A DNA stretch of 64,000 bases from the human T2T-CHM13v2.0 reference genome, Homo sapiens. Location: the NCBI RefSeq assembly GCF_009914755.1, contig NC_060934.1. One strand, written 5' to 3'. Every line of letters starts with the position of its first letter. The stretch's first letter is position 1. This document shows positions 25,206-48,557 of this stretch, piece by piece. The notes beneath the pieces are model-generated. The model had not been told where the DNA came from and ran no database searches. It saw nothing but the letters and a program-made list of their open reading frames with translations. Both the position numbers and the translations under genes were made by a program.

Positions 25206-26877
25206 TACATAAATTCTAGAAGATGATCTCGAATAGTTTTTAAAGTTAAAATAGCCACTTAAATAGGATTGTTGAGGCTATCCGTATGGCCACAATTATG
25301 ACTGAGGCTGTTCTAAGAGGGCAGTGAACATGAAGTTTTTATTTCTCAAGAGGCTAGTTGTGTGTGTGCATTTTTTTGGTAAAGAATCCTGCCTGTGAAC
25401 ATTTTTTAATGAAAGGTATAGGTAGAACTAGAATGAGTTGTCCAAATCCTAGAATATGTGGCTACAAAGGCATCCCTTGAATTATGTCTTTTCATTTGAA
25501 ACATAAGAGGGCAGCTTTGATGTGTGTGCAAGGCGGTGCTTCCTGACAACGTCGGGAGTGTGCTTGTGGAGCTTACTACCTCGAGAGGTGATGCAGGCAC
25601 AAAATAAAAGGCCCGAGAAGGGCTTGAGATGTCCATATGTGACAGCTCTCCTCTCCATGGCTGCTGCAGGCGGCTCTGGGTGTTTGGTTACCACCGTCAC
25701 CCTCTAAGGCCTGTGTCTCCAGGGCTCACCTCGTCTCACAAAACCCCCTGGGTGCACGGCGAGGGCACGGTGCTGCCTCACACCAGCGTTCCCAGGCTCT
25801 CGCTCTGAATGAGGTCCTGAAGTCGGGTCTGCCTTCACACATCCCGAAGCTTCCTCTAGAAGAAATAGGATTTGGCTGCTCGGAAAGGGCGGAGAGCTCT
25901 GCACTCACATGGTTCTCAAGGAGTGGAGCTGGAACATCATGGCTGCTTTTGTGAGGGTGGCTGGGGACATCCCAAGTCTACCTGTTATTTGTTTTTACCT
26001 CTGGCTTGGGCAGAAACAGTGATCCAAATTTATGAATGAGTTTTTAGGATTTAATATTTGATGAACTGTCTCGAATCCCCCTCTCCCTACGCCCACAAGT
26101 GCTGTGGCCCTGAAGTCACACAGCGGTCTGTGACCAGGCAGCCGGCAGCTCCTGAGCCACCCTGTTGCTCCAGAGCACTTGACACCTTTGGCCCCACACA
26201 TGGCTCATGGACTAAGAAGGCATGGCAAGCACTGGGGGGCTTCCCACGTGGCCGGGCCGGAGCAAAGTCTGAGGAGTGTGCTAGAAATCTGATGTGCTGT
26301 TTGCTCTGTGACTTCAGGAGGGGACACTGAACCGGAGGTGCCTTGAGGGAGGAGCCGCCCCATCAGCCATAACCCCGCCCTTTCATGCTGCCTTCTCACC
26401 CAGCTGGAATCCAAATGGTCTTGGTCAAACAGCTGCTTTAAAACATAACTCAGTAGCTTTTCTAAAAGGCCAATTCACTCAACATTTCATACATGCCTAC
26501 TGCATATAAGAACTGAGAGGTGATGGGATAAGACTCAGTTTGCCCCCTTTTAGGAACTCACCATATAGTGACGAGGCAGCCATGGAGGACCCAAGCTCAT
26601 GAGGGTCTCGGAGCGCCTCAAATGCTGCACACTTGGGGTGTGTCTGTCTCAGTCAAGATCTCTCAGAGAGAGAGAGAAGAAAGCAAGATCTGTATTACCT
26701 GTTTAAAGACACTGAAGGCAGCCCAGGAGCCCAGCCGTCATCTTGTGAAGCCATTATTCTTTGGTTTTATAATCAAAACTGTACATGTATCTCATTCTTC
26801 ATGGGTTTGGGTCTCTTTCCTGCCAGAAGTACAGGTTTAAGTGAGCCATCTTGAAACATGACAGTAGTATCTAGCTA

Positions 26878-27210
<333 letters not shown>

Positions 27211-27350
27211 TTAAACCTTTGTCCCGAAACTGTGCCGCGCCCACTTCGGCAACCTCGGAAGAGAGACTCTAAGTGCAGGTGGAGCAGAGATGAGTTCTGC
27301 TGCTTCACATTTTTTAAATCCCTCACAGGGGGTTGCCACAATTGTCTTAG

Positions 27351-27608
<258 letters not shown>

Positions 27609-28338
27609 TAGTGATTCGGCCTCTCAGAGTGCTAGGATTACAGGCATGAGCCACCACGCCTGGCCAATTCAGCTGTTTTTTAGGTAGGGGTTACTTCAGT
27701 ACACGTATTTTAAGCCTTCTCAGCATTTTTGTTCAACCAACCAAAGATTTGATTCTACCGTTTCTCTAATCTGTGCTGGTATAGCAATAGCTAGGACTTC
27801 TCGACCTGTTGCTGTTTTTTAAAAAGTTGTCATCTAGCTTTTTATTGGGCTGCTGCCCTCAGAGCTTGAATGGGGCTTGGATAGACCTTTTTTCTGCCAT
27901 CTCTATGCAGGAGTCAACAGAGATCAGCTAGACTGGGACTTTGTTCTCTACGTGGGGGCTTGTTCTGGTGCATTATAATGACCTTAGTATGTTCAGCATT
28001 TTGAGTTTTCTGGTTTGAATGCACTAGAAATTCTCTCTTCAAAATCATATCATATATATATTAGGGTAAAAATACATTGCTCACATTCTTGAAGCAAAGC
28101 AATATTTCCTTCAGAGACTTGTCATTTCTTGAAGTCAGCATGGTAGGATAGAATGTGAGGGATGGGCCCGGCACAGTAGCTCATGCCTATAATCCCAGCA
28201 CTTTGGGAGGCCGAGGCGGGTAGATCACAAGGTCAGGAGTTCGAGACCAGCCTGGCCAATATGGTGAAACCCCATCTCTACTAAAAATAAACAAGTTAGC
28301 TGGGCGTGTTGGCAGGTGCCTATAGTCCCAGCTACTCA

Positions 28339-28497
<159 letters not shown>

Positions 28498-28538
28498 TTA
28501 ACATCTGAAGATGTGTATCCTTAAAGAACTGCCATTTA

Positions 28539-28637
<99 letters not shown>

Positions 28638-30260
28638 TCATTTGAGGTCAGGAGCTTGAGACCAGCTTGGCCAAAACGGTGAAACCCCATCTCTGCTAAA
28701 AATACCAAAAAACAAAAAAGGCCGAGTGTGGTGGTGCAGCCTGTAATCTCAGCGATTCTGGAGGCTGAGGTGGGGGAATTGCATGAACCAGGAGGCGGAG
28801 GTTGCAGTGAGCCAAGATCACACCACTGCACTCCAAGCTGGGAGACAGAGTGAGAGACTGTCTCAAAAAAATAAACAAAAAAAATTTGTGAGAAGAGAAT
28901 TTACTTTTCTGCTGTCCGCCTTCTTCTACCTTTCTAACTAATAGGGACAAACTTAACGCTTTCTCCAACTCACCCTTGCCCAAGAAAGCGGCTATTTTTG
29001 CTTCTCATTTCCTATCTACATAGTTCCTAGGGACCTGAGTCATTAGCAAACGCCTCTTCCAACAGCACCCAGCCCTGCAGGAGCCTCCACTGCGGGCTCC
29101 AGCTCTCTCCCGCCTCCAAGGACCACCAGGCGATGCCTTGTGCTTTTGGATTTTTTTACTATAACAGCTTTATCGGGATACAAGTCACATAGCATACAGT
29201 TCACCCATGTAAAGTACACATTCAATGGCATTTAGTGTATTTACATCCCCACAGTCCATTTTAGAATGTTTTCCTCTCCTGAAAAGAAATCATGGCCCAT
29301 TTGCAGTCACTGCCCATCCCTGCCCCTGCCCTCATCGCCATGACCTGCTCCCCCAGGCCATCTCTTTCTTTTGGGCATCTCCCGAGGGAGGGGTAGACAG
29401 ATTCTCCCTGCCGAGGGCCACAAGCCTCTTTTCTGACCCTGAGGCCCTGATCCCTTCCCCACCGGCACTCTCTGCTTCTGCTCTCCTCTCCTCCCCTCCC
29501 AGGGAAGGCAGATCCGGGTTCACTGTGGAGGGTGGCTTCGTCCCCCAGGATTAGGCAGCGGACAGCCCACAGCATGGCTGGCCCTGCCTTGGGACTCAGG
29601 GCACAAGGCCAGACTGACTACAGAGAAGGTGCTTGGGATACACACCAGGTGCCCAGCACTCACTCCAGCCCCACACCCTAGAGGGGCTCGGGTAGGTTGA
29701 GGATGTGAGAATCTCAGGCTTCCAGGACCTGGGAAGCTGCTCACCAACTGGCTCGGTGAAAATGGATTTTTGGGCTGGGCGCGGTAGCTCACACCTGTAA
29801 TCCCAGCACTTTGGGAGGCCAAGGTGGGTGGATCACGAGGTCAGGAGTTCGAGACCAGGCTGGCCAGCATGGTGAAACCCCCGTCTCTGCTAAAAATACA
29901 AAAATTAGCCAGGCGTGGTGGCGGGTGCCTGTAATCCCAGCTACTCCGGATCCTGAGGCAGAAAATTGCTTGAACCCAGGAGGCGGAGATTGCAGTGAGC
30001 CAAGATCGTGCCACTGCACTCCAGCCTGGGTGACAGAGCGAGACTCCATCTCAAAAAAAAAAGAAAATGGATTTTTGTCTCATTTTATACAAATAATAAT
30101 AAGAGGAAGAAAGAACCCTGAGGTGAGACCGTGAGCGGAGGAACTCTGGGATGAAATGTATGAGGCCTGCGTGGGGATCCGAGCAAGGGTCGGTTGATGC
30201 TTGTTAGTGTGTGATGGGAAACAACAGAACAAAACCAAAAGCAAGTATGCAGCTGGGTCA

Positions 30261-30644
<384 letters not shown>

Positions 30645-31064
30645 TTAACTCTCATCCAGTTCTTTCAGGTTATTGACTGACATGTCATTTCCTCTCTGAA
30701 GTTTTTCCTGCACGGACCCCTTTCCCTGGAAGCGTGGCTTGGTAACCATGCACGCCGTGTTTCCATCACACCCCAGGCTCACCTTGTCATAGGAGTTCCA
30801 CACTCTAGGGCAGTTGCTGATCTTATCTGAAGCCCTCGTTGGGTGGTAAGCTCTAGACAGCAGGAGCATGATTTATACTGTGGTACTGGATTGTGTGCTT
30901 AGCAGGTGCGTGTGTGTGGCTGTGATTCAGGGGATGCTGTGGGGGTGGGCTGAGGTTTGAAATCCGGCCGTGAAAGTAGGTGAGATGCAGCCGTGCACGG
31001 ATGGGCGTCGCTGCCTTAGAAGCCGACATAGGAAGAGCCAGTGATGGACTTGAGCAGGGAGCAA

Positions 31065-31250
31065 GAAGCGACAAACCATAGCCTGTGGCCCGTAGCTGCC
31101 CCCACTCCGTGCTTTTGTAAATACAGTTCAGTGTAACAAAAGTGAGGCTCATTCCTTACCTTGGTAGAGTTGAGAAGCTGCTACCCTAAAGCCTGCACAG
31201 CCCAGAATATTCACTACCTGGCCCTTTACCAAAGAGTTGGCCATGCCTCC
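31065..31250. mobile_element. MER58-like hAT MITE
   Basis: caaac.atagcctgtggcc...ttttgtaaat...atattcactacctggccctttac motifs. Confidence 0.6.
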
Positions 31251-31409
31251 CGAGGAATATAAAGGAGAGAATGGTGGAAAGTTAACTGTGAAGGGTAGGC
31301 GGAGCCATAGCAAATACCTAGGAAGACATAGGGCAGAAAACGTGCAAGATGTCTACACTGGAAACTATGAGAAACATTGAGAGAAATTAAAGAGCCAGAT
31401 CTGTGCATC

Positions 31410-31575
31410 TAAACTGTCAGCGCATCAGACTCCCTGGAGGCTGCGTCCAACACAGACTGACAGGCCCAGCGCCTGAGAGTTTCTAATGCGGCAGGTCTGG
31501 GATCGGACCCAGGAATGTTTCTGACAAGTTCACAGATGCTGCTTCTGGTCCAGACACCACACTTTGAGAACCACA
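31410..31575. mobile_element. MER5A-like hAT MITE
   Basis: gcatcagactccctggag...agtttctaat...caggtctggg...accacactttgagaaccac. Confidence 0.7.
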
Positions 31576-31965
31576 CATCTAAATAAATGAAGCCATGAGC
31601 CATATTCATGGGTCAAGAAAAGATCGCAGAGACATCAGTTCTCTGCAATTTGAGAAACTTTCATGCAAATCCCGCTTAAAGTCACCACAGGGGCATGCGT
31701 GTGTTTATGTGAATATGCAAATTGACAAACTGATACTAAAATTTATGTGGAAATAAAAAAGGACTAAGAAAGCTAAACAGACTTAAGGAAGACTTTAAGA
31801 ACTCCAACAAAACTGGAGGACTCTGCCAGATATCAAGACTTACTATAGAATGGGCACAGTGGCTCATGCCTACAATAACACCACTTTGGGAAGCTGAGGC
31901 CAGAGGACTGCCTGAGCCCAGGAGTTCAAGATCAGCCTGGGCCATGTAGCAAGACTTTGTCTCTA

Positions 31966-32257
<292 letters not shown>

Positions 32258-33199
32258 TATTATGGAGAAAAACAAGCTCAACATCATTAGTCTTCGTGGA
32301 AATGACACTGAAAATCACAGTGAAATATGACTGCATTCCTCTCCTTCAGGGCGCTAGAGCAACCAGCCCTGCCGAAAGCAAGTGTCAGTCAGTACAACCA
32401 CTTCGGAAAGCTGTGTCCACCCACCCAAGCAGACACACATCTTCAGACCCGGCGATTGTGCATAGGTTTATATCCAACAGGTACGCATTGCTTATCTTCC
32501 CTAGCAATGTTCTGCCTGCCTACCTAACCTGTGCCTAGGTATCTCTCCTTTTCCTGAGACATCCTTCTTTCAGGATTAAGCTAATAAGACCAGGCTAGCT
32601 TGAGAAATTTGCATGTGTTCTTGTGTTTTCATCCCCAAAACAACAGTGTACTATGCTTTCAACTATAGTCTCTGAAATTGTGTAGACCACAGGCTCTGTA
32701 TGGGCCTGGGAGTTAGATGCTTTGGGTAGGTGGGCATTTGAATACCTCTCAGATCACAGTGTGGAAAGCATCAGACTACACCACATGGATCAGCTCTCAA
32801 TCACTTCTGATAAGACAAAAAAAATACATTAGCAGGGCACAGACGTGCACCTGTAGTCCCAGCATCTCTGGAGGCTGAGGCAGGAGAACCACTTGAGCCC
32901 TGGGGGCAGAGGTTACAGCGAGTCAGGATCGCGCCACTGCACTCAACAGCCTGGCAACGGGAGTGAAACCATCCCCCCCACAAAAAAAAAAAAAAGTACA
33001 GCAGAAGCAGAGTCCACACTCATAGCATTATAGAGTCAAATAGTCTATAAGGTTTATAAAAGCATCAGTCCGCATGTACCACCTCCATTTCCTACTCAAT
33101 GGGAGGCAACAGCTCTTAACTCTACCTATTTGTTATTTACCTCCACTATTGACATATTGCTATATATCCTTTGTTTTTTTCATGTGTCTGTATTAAGTA

Positions 33200-35600
<2,401 letters not shown>

Positions 35601-35969
35601 TCCACCATCTTTAAGCAGAGGTTTCCCGTGATTATGGAAAAACAAGTGTGTTGGATAGCCGTAGGCTGACTGCAGCTCTCCAGTGTGCTCCCGAGAGGGT
35701 GCTTTTTGTCATTGACTTGCTAGGAACCCCAAGGCGAGGGCCCGTTATAACAGCTTTGAGGCTCTGTTGTTTGCTCTGCCTTTCGGAACACGTTCTCTTC
35801 CATCTGGGTGATGGAGAGGCACACGCAGGCACTGTGTGGCAGGGTACTCTCGGGACACAGTGAGTTCCGCCCTGGGCTGTGGACCAATCCCAACTTTGCT
35901 TCAGCTTTTGTCTCTTTAGTGAAGCCAGTGTTTGTTTTCTCTCTTCTGTTCCCAATCCCTGTACTCTAG

Positions 35970-36222
35970 GATGATGAGAGCCTGAAGTACCTCACCCATG
36001 AGGAAAAGGATGTGCTCCTGTTTTTTGAAGAGACGATTGACTCCCTAGACGAGGACTTTGAGGAGCCAGTGCTGTGCGATGGAGGAGTGTGCTGCCTCTG
36101 CTCCCCGTCTCTGGAGGAGAGCACCTCCAGTCCCTCCGAGCCTGAAGATGTCATCGACTTAGTGCAGCCAGCACCTGGCGCCGGGGAAGCCGAGGGCCTT
36201 CCAGAGGGGACCCAGGCAGCAG
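35970..36222 (+). CDS. PROSER2: PROSER2 coding exon 2 (DDESLKYLTHEEKDVLLFFEETIDSLDEDF...EGTQAA)
   Basis: Long polypyrimidine tract with ctctAG at 35968-35969; donor CAG|GTGAGG at 36223; 253 nt, phase 0 to phase 1, in frame with both neighbours. Confidence 0.95.
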
Positions 36223-36825
36223 GTGAGGGGGAAGACAGGCCATCCCTGGGATGTGGTTTCCTGGTGTCTGTGAGACCCAGAGATACTTCTTTTGTGTTCC
36301 CCTGTGTTTGCCAGTAGAAGTTGTTGAGTCTTACCAGATTTTTATAGGGGAAAATACTCCTTGGCAGTTTCATCATCCAGCAAAGGGAAATGCCAGAGGG
36401 CCTAGAATAAAGAATGGAATGGGCCAGGCGCGGTGGCTCAAGCCTGTAATCCCAGCACTTTGGGAGGCTGAGGCAGGTGGATCATGAGGTCAGGAGATTG
36501 AGACCATCCTGACTAACACAGTGAAACCCCGTCTCTACTAAAAAATACAAAAAATTAGCCAGGCATGGTGACGGGTGCCTGTAGTCCCAGCTACTCAGGA
36601 GGCTGAGGCAGGAGAATGGCGTGAACCCGGGAGGCAGAGCTTGCAGTGAGCCGAGATTGTGCCAGTGCACTCCAGCCTGGGGGACAGAGTGAGACTCCGT
36701 CTCAAAAAAAAAAAAAAAAAAAAAAAAAAAGAATGAACTGGGCACATAAGCAGAGTTTACATTTTTTTAAATACACAATGCATACATGCACAGAAAGAAA
36801 ATTGGAAATGGCTTCCAGGTAATTA

Positions 36826-37464
<639 letters not shown>

Positions 37465-37644
37465 TTACTCAGAACTTCACATACTACGGTTATGGATTCC
37501 ATGTAAATATGGAGCTTGGTTTGCAGCCATCTCTTCAAAGAGGAGAAGTAATGTACTGTTCTTTTTTACTGTACTTCTGCTTTGAAATAGAGTTCCAAAA
37601 GTAATTTGAACCAGCCGATCCTTTTAAAATGTGAGATCACGTAG

Positions 37645-37896
<252 letters not shown>

Positions 37897-38056
37897 TAGT
37901 GATGGGGTCTCACTATGCAGCCCAGGCTGGTCTCGAACTCTTGGGCTCAAGTGATCCTCCCACCTCAGCTTCCCAGATTGCTGGGACAGGTGTGAGCCAC
38001 CACACCTGGCATATTCATAACAACTTTAAGTGCCCACAGAGTACAGAAGAACATAA

Positions 38057-38450
<394 letters not shown>

Positions 38451-38937
38451 TGACTGATACATGCTATGTAAGGACTCAGAGGCAGGCCTGTTAAATTCTC
38501 TGTCATAGAGGAAAGTGACACAGCTACATGTCCTTCATCCAGAAAGACCTGCTGGTGTCGGTGTGTGCCACACACTTTCTAGACTCAATTTCCCCTTTGT
38601 AAACTCCCCTGATGAGTTGGTCACTACTTGCGTCCTGTCCCAGCCTCAGGGGCTGGAGCCTCAGCAGCCCACATGGACGGAATGTCTCCTAGGTGTGGAC
38701 TGTCTGACTTGCAGGGCTATCGTGATTGTCCCTTATCAGCGTGAGGTCATGAGCATGACATACCACCTTCTCCTTCCCTAGTCCCAGGAACAGGGAGAGA
38801 GGAGTTGACTCACAGGCAGCACCGGCGAAGTTGGTGTCAGGTCCAGGTTGAGGCTCTTTTCAGTTCAGCGAGAGGGAACTTCATGCATTTACTTTCACGT
38901 GGGCCGGTGGCTCACAGGCTCCTCCCTTGTCTTCCAG

Positions 38938-39854
38938 GGCCTGCACCTGCTGGGAAGGAGCACAGGAAACAAGATGCTGAGACTCCTCCACCTCCAGACC
39001 CCCCGGCTCCCGAGACCCTTCTTGCGCCACCACCCCTGCCTAGCACCCCCGATCCCCCCAGGAGGGAGCTGCGCGCCCCCTCCCCGCCGGTGGAGCACCC
39101 CAGACTCCTGCGCTCTGTTCCCACGCCCCTCGTTATGGCGCAGAAGATTTCCGAGAGGATGGCGGGGAACGAAGCCCTCTCGCCCACCTCCCCGTTCAGG
39201 GAGGGCCGGCCCGGGGAGTGGAGGACACCTGCCGCCCGGGGGCCCCGCAGTGGAGACCCTGGCCCGGGGCCCAGCCACCCGGCGCAGCCCAAGGCACCCC
39301 GCTTCCCCAGCAACATCATCGTCACCAACGGCGCGGCCCGGGAGCCCCGCAGGACCCTGTCCAGGGCGGCCGTCAGCGTGCAGGAGCGCAGGGCGCAGGT
39401 GTTGGCCACCATCCACGGCCACGCCGGCGCCTTCCCCGCCGCGGGGGACGCCGGCGAGGGGGCCCCAGGGGGCGGCTCCTCCCCGGAGCGGGTGGCGCGT
39501 GGCCGGGGCCTGCCGGGCCCCGCTGAGAGTCTCCGGGCAGGGGGTCAGGCTCCGCGGGGCCCGGCGCTGGCCAACGGCTTCCCAAGTGCGCACGAGGCCC
39601 TGAAGAGCGCACCCAGCTCCTTCGCGCCCGCTGGGAAGTCCCTCTGCTTCCGCCCTGGCCCGGCCCTGCCCAGCACGCGGGCCCGTCAGAGCTTCCCCGG
39701 GCCCCGGCAGCCCAACGGCGCCCAGGACTGGCGCCGCGCAGACTCCCTGCCCCGGCCCCAGGGCATCACCGTGCAGTTCGCGGGCCGCGGCTCCTCGGAG
39801 GAGGCGCGCAGGGAGGCCCTGCGGAAGCTGGGGCTGCTCAGGGAGAGTTCGTGA
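38938..39854 (+). CDS. PROSER2: PROSER2 last coding exon (GPAPAGKEH...EALRKLGLLRESS*)
   Basis: Acceptor ctcccttgtcttccAG at 38936-38937; TGA at 39852-39854. Spliced CDS 138+253+917 = 1308 nt = 435 aa. Confidence 0.95.
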
Positions 39855-39870
39855 GGGCCGCGCGGGCTCC
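38990..39870. promoter_or_regulatory. Intragenic CpG island over the last PROSER2 exon
   Basis: Very high GC and dense CpG compared with the flanks. Confidence 0.85.
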
Positions 39871-41725
39871 AGTCCACCCTGTTTCTCCCCACCCTGAAGA
39901 GAGGGTGAAAGAGTCGCTGCACCCAGGAGCTGTTTGGTCTAAAATGGAAGTGACAGCGGGAGCCCCTGCCCTCTGTGGCACATCGGAGTCTAGAGGTGCC
40001 TGGCTGGGGCCTCCTGGCTGAGCACGCACCGCAAGCTCCAGCCACCGGCACAGAGAACTCTTCCCTAAAGGAATCTGGCCGAGGGCTTGTCTCCCTTTTC
40101 CCAAGAACTGAGAGAGAGAGAATAACCTGTTAGACCCATAGGTTTCCGTGATGTGTAAATGCCATCTTTTGGGGGTTGGGAGGAGTAGGACTGGTCTGAT
40201 TATCATTCTTGAGTCTCATCTACCCTCTTCTCGAAGTACATGACATGAAAGTTCAGATCCCTTCCACTCAGGATTCTCGCCGCCTTTTCTAAGAAAATAA
40301 TAAAAAAAAATGCTTGTTTCATTTTTTAATGTCTTAATATACTTGCTTTTGTTTTTGAAGGGTGAGGCATCATGGTACTTTGCTTTTGTTTCTTGACGTA
40401 CTTTAGTTTGCCCAGTTTTGTTTTTTACTGAAAACTGAAATGAAACCTTTAGATATTGAGTTTTGGGAGTGAAATGGAAAGGTGGTAATTTTGAGAAAGC
40501 AAGTCTCATCAGACTCTGAGGTCTGGGACGTGTGCGTGAGCCTGTGTTTGTGTGTGTATGTTTTTAGATACGTACGTGTCAACACATACATGCATAGGTA
40601 TCCTGTGTGTCCACATGCATCATTATTATATAAATAGAAACTTCTGAACACCCTCCTAAGTCACTACAGGATGCCAGCGCTTCCTATTCTTGGGTAGACA
40701 GAGCCACCTCAGCATCCTGATGGATGATACAAGAAATTGTTACTTCCTAGTATGGAAGTGTCTTAAGGACACGTCTCCATGATATTTTGGTGAACCCAAA
40801 GTGCTTTATCCTCAACAAAATGTTCCTCTGTTCCCAGTTAAAGTAATATTCCCTGCTTCCAAGTAAGCAAGACTGTTCACTAAAGAAGGAACTTTTTAGA
40901 AAACTAATCTCCTTTATCATCCAATTTTAGTTCTGCATGTTCCGAGGTAGCCAGTCAACAGAAGGAAGCAAAAGATTCTTAAAGATCCACCGACTGTCAT
41001 GTTCCACAAGCAAGATCTCAGGGTAGGGAAAAACCAGTGAATGAGGTTACACAGCAGGAAAAGAACCGGTTTCCTCCCAGACTATGTCTTACACGCTGAG
41101 TTATGCCACAAGCGTTATCATCAAAACTATTTAAGGCTGGAGTCTTAGACCTCTAAAAATAGACAGGAAGGGCTGCCCTGAGCAGTGACACCTTTGTGTT
41201 TTTATGTCTCCGCCAGCGCCGTAACAGAGCCTGTTTCTTTCCCGTTGAGTATTACTTAAATTCAGGCTTAAATGTGCTATGAAGGGCATTTTTCATAGTA
41301 TCCCATTTGCCTTGTAAGTTATATAAAGTGCATGATTATAATTTTTTCCTTAGAATTGCAATATTTAGTTTCATCCAGCTCTTATGAATAATAACCTCAT
41401 AGATTCCTGATCTTAATTTAAATAGGTGCTTTAATTTTACAGCTTTCAAAAGTAGTTACTGTAAATTTTACTCCTGTTAATGCTGGATTGGTTTAAAGGA
41501 TTTATAAGGGCTGTGTTTGCTCTTTACAAGGCAAGATGCCATACAGTGTTCAATAATAGAAGGTCTTGATACAACCGACATTTTAAATATTCTTTATACA
41601 TGAGGACTGCGTCTTTTTCACTGACCCTATGATTTCACTGTGAGTAGGGTGAACTGGACTGCATATTAGTTTATTTGTTGCCATAATCACATTTTTGAAA
41701 AATAAATTTAAGAGTTTTTTCTTAA
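39855..41725 (+). other. PROSER2: PROSER2 3' UTR (~1.9 kb, repeat-free)
   Basis: Repeat-free AU-rich stretch after the stop, ending at AATAAA 41701-41706 followed by T/GT-rich sequence. The end position is approximate. Confidence 0.75.
41701..41706 (+). terminator. Distal polyadenylation signal AATAAA
   Basis: Canonical hexamer with downstream U/GU-rich elements (gagttttttc, cttgtttttg). Confidence 0.75.
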
Positions 41726-42163
41726 GTAAGCTTGTTTTTGCATTGCATGCTATATTCTCAGTTACTTTCTTTTAAATGGTTATACCCTTTCCTTCTATTT
41801 ATTCATAATTTCTTCTCTTTATTCATAGTTACACTGACTGTCACTCTGGTCATTTCTTGTGTCTAAAACCCTACTAATTATAGCCATATGTTTTGTACAA
41901 AGTTCAAATTATAGCTGCTGCTAAACTAACCTTTAAGTGTACTTATGTTAGCAAACCCAGTTTGTGGAGAGGCATTAGTTTCCTTGCCATAATTACGTGA
42001 TGTGATTTCTTAAAGGTCATCTGGTTCATGGTAATTTGAAGGACCATGCATATCTCAAAGCAAAACCGTAATGGAAAGGAAAGATGAAGTGTTAAATGCC
42101 CCACTTTTTTCCCCAAGTTATGCTGGAAATCATTCTCCACTTTTACAAAACTCTTTATCTTAA

Positions 42164-42616
<453 letters not shown>

Positions 42617-43083
42617 TAGCATGCATACCCAACTTTGTGAGACTGGCAGAAATGTTGATCTTTGCTTCTCCCCTGCCCGCATTCTCCTGTAAGGCTGGCT
42701 GAGGAGAGAAGGGACAGGAAAGACAGACACAGATCCTGGGATGCTTTCATCAAGAATTCGGGGGACAACTTCTCCATGGTGTTTAATGATAGAGCCCTCG
42801 GCTTCATGAATTATTGACCAAACTCACAGGCATCTGAGGGCGGCCCCAGGCATGGGGCTCGCAGCCTACACTGCCTGCCTGCTCTTCAGCCCCTCCTGGG
42901 CTATACAAGCTGTCTTCTGACTCTAGGATTCCTCACTCAAAATTCCTGGTGCAGAGTTCCACTGTAGGATGCCCATTTGAAACCAGCTGTAAAGAGCTGA
43001 GCAGAGGTGATGAGCAAGGCCTTATGGAAACCTTAGGATTGACTGTTTTATTTAAAAACACAAAATCGGAAATACATTCTCTT

Positions 43084-47935
<4,852 letters not shown>

Positions 47936-48557
47936 TAGGCTGGGTTTTTAAAATCACTCAAGTTTTCCTTTTAAACCAGATTTTTGTTTTTTTGTCAGCT
48001 CAATCATCCACCTCATACAGTTTTGATCCCAAGGGACTGCTTGCTGTTTCTAAAAACCAGATCCTCCTGGTTTCAAAGGTACATTTTGCTGTCAGTGTAC
48101 CCTGCTGGATTTTCAATTCCACATTGAAGCCTGCAGCTTCCAGAGGAGCCCAGAGCCGGTGGAAAGCACAGAGCACACTGACTCAGGAAGTACAGACAGC
48201 TGGGAGGTTCCAAAGGCTGAGGGGCCATTACACTAGATCATTCTGTGTGGCCACAGAGAGGACAGGTAGAGAGATTTCGACTCAGTCCGGGGAACTGTAG
48301 AGCACTCAGACTGCCTGGGATGGAAAGAGCCGTTCCTAAGAACATGGTCTCCCCTCCCCATGACGCGCAGAGGCAGGGCCAGGGCTAGGGAGAGAGACTG
48401 TCCTCAAGGACCGGCCTCAGCAACGCAAATGTCAGGTGCTTGGCGTGTGCCTGGCTTACACCTTCCTCATCCCCATCATCACCGCAGGGAATTCCTACAT
48501 GGCCCTGGGAACTCGGGAGCAAGACCAGACGCAGGAGTGAAAGCCCATGGGCCTGGC

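Noticed and set aside
38805-38937. N-terminal part of the 349-aa ORF in the track
   Set aside because: It starts at TTG in intronic sequence upstream of the clear acceptor at 38937.
38895-39612. Minus-strand ORFs over the last PROSER2 exon
   Set aside because: Stop-poor GC-rich antisense of a real CDS.
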